DNA of 35,930 nucleotides from a virus (Duplodnaviria; Heunggongvirae; Uroviricota; Caudoviricetes): IMG/VR virus record IMGVR_UViG_2711768046_000005; one strand, 5' to 3'. Shown piece by piece: positions 35,613 to 35,930 of this stretch (position 1 is its first letter; each line of letters starts with the position of its first letter). The notes under the pieces were generated by a model. It saw only the letters and a program-made list of their open reading frames with translations, ran no database searches and was not told where the DNA came from. The position numbers and the translations under genes were made by a program.

Positions 35613-35930
35613 TCACTCTCCACATTTGAATGTCAGACGAGCGACGCCATGTAATCCTGCACCTTCTGTCTTCAGGTCAACTATCTGCATTTTTTTGCCC
35701 TGAGTAACACAGAAATGAACTGCATCATTTTTTACTATATTTTCTGCACCAGATATTCTACCCCTGGCTAAAGAAGCTTCGGCTTCGGTGTAGTATTGGT
35801 TATCGAGTTTACGCTGAATATTACTTTTATATGCAAGACCAAATTTACCGATACTTGTCTCATCATTATGTACAGCACACCCAGACATAAGAAAAACACT
35901 AATTAATGATATAGCAGCTATCTTTTTCAT
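35613..35930 (-). CDS. yegR: Small lipoprotein (YegR-like), host gene
   Basis: 105 aa with signal peptide and lipobox (LMSGC). In E. coli the cyaR/P2-remnant locus is followed by yegR. The start codon is at the window end. Confidence 0.6.
   Translation of the reverse strand: MKKIAAISLISVFLMSGCAVHNDETSIGKFGLAYKSNIQRKLDNQYYTEAEASLARGRISGAENIVKNDAVHFCVTQGKKMQIVDLKTEGAGLHGVARLTFKCGE

Noticed and set aside
1-35930. CRISPR arrays, tRNA/tmRNA genes, rRNA, and IS elements or transposases
   Set aside because: No regularly spaced short repeats, no tRNA-like sequence at the att site (the target is the CyaR sRNA 3' end), and no transposase-like ORF or terminal inverted repeats of an IS were seen.

Overview
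This window is an enterobacterial (E. coli-like) chromosome segment carrying an apparently intact P2-like prophage of about 33.9 kb, integrated at the 3' end of the CyaR sRNA gene. Host flanks are yegQ (1..1362) and a YegR-like lipoprotein gene (35613..35930). The prophage is bounded by a 27-bp direct repeat matching the P2 att core (1507..1533 and 35416..35442). Its gene order is collinear with P2: ogr-D-U-T-E/E'-FII-FI | G-H-I-J-W-V | S-R-lysCBA-K-Y-X-L-M-N-O | P-Q | cos | A-orf83..80-B-orf78-cox | C-int. Three AT-rich cargo loci interrupt this backbone at the positions where P2 carries Z/fun, orf30 and tin/old. (1) Between FI and G: a 444-aa protein with FRG-domain-like motifs. (2) Between V and S: a 247-aa protein with a HEPN-like Rx4H motif. 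(3) Between cos and A: a tightly coupled three-gene operon encoding a PP2C phosphatase, a Hanks kinase with an FHA-like tail, and a Hanks kinase with a cold-shock-like tail. The third locus is the strongest candidate for a phospho-signalling anti-phage system; I cannot assign it to a named system from sequence alone. All assignments rest on reading the translations and DNA motifs, and on recalled P2 biology; no database search was run. Coordinates of small DNA motifs were hand-counted and anchored to ORF-track start/stop codons, so they may be off by a base or two.
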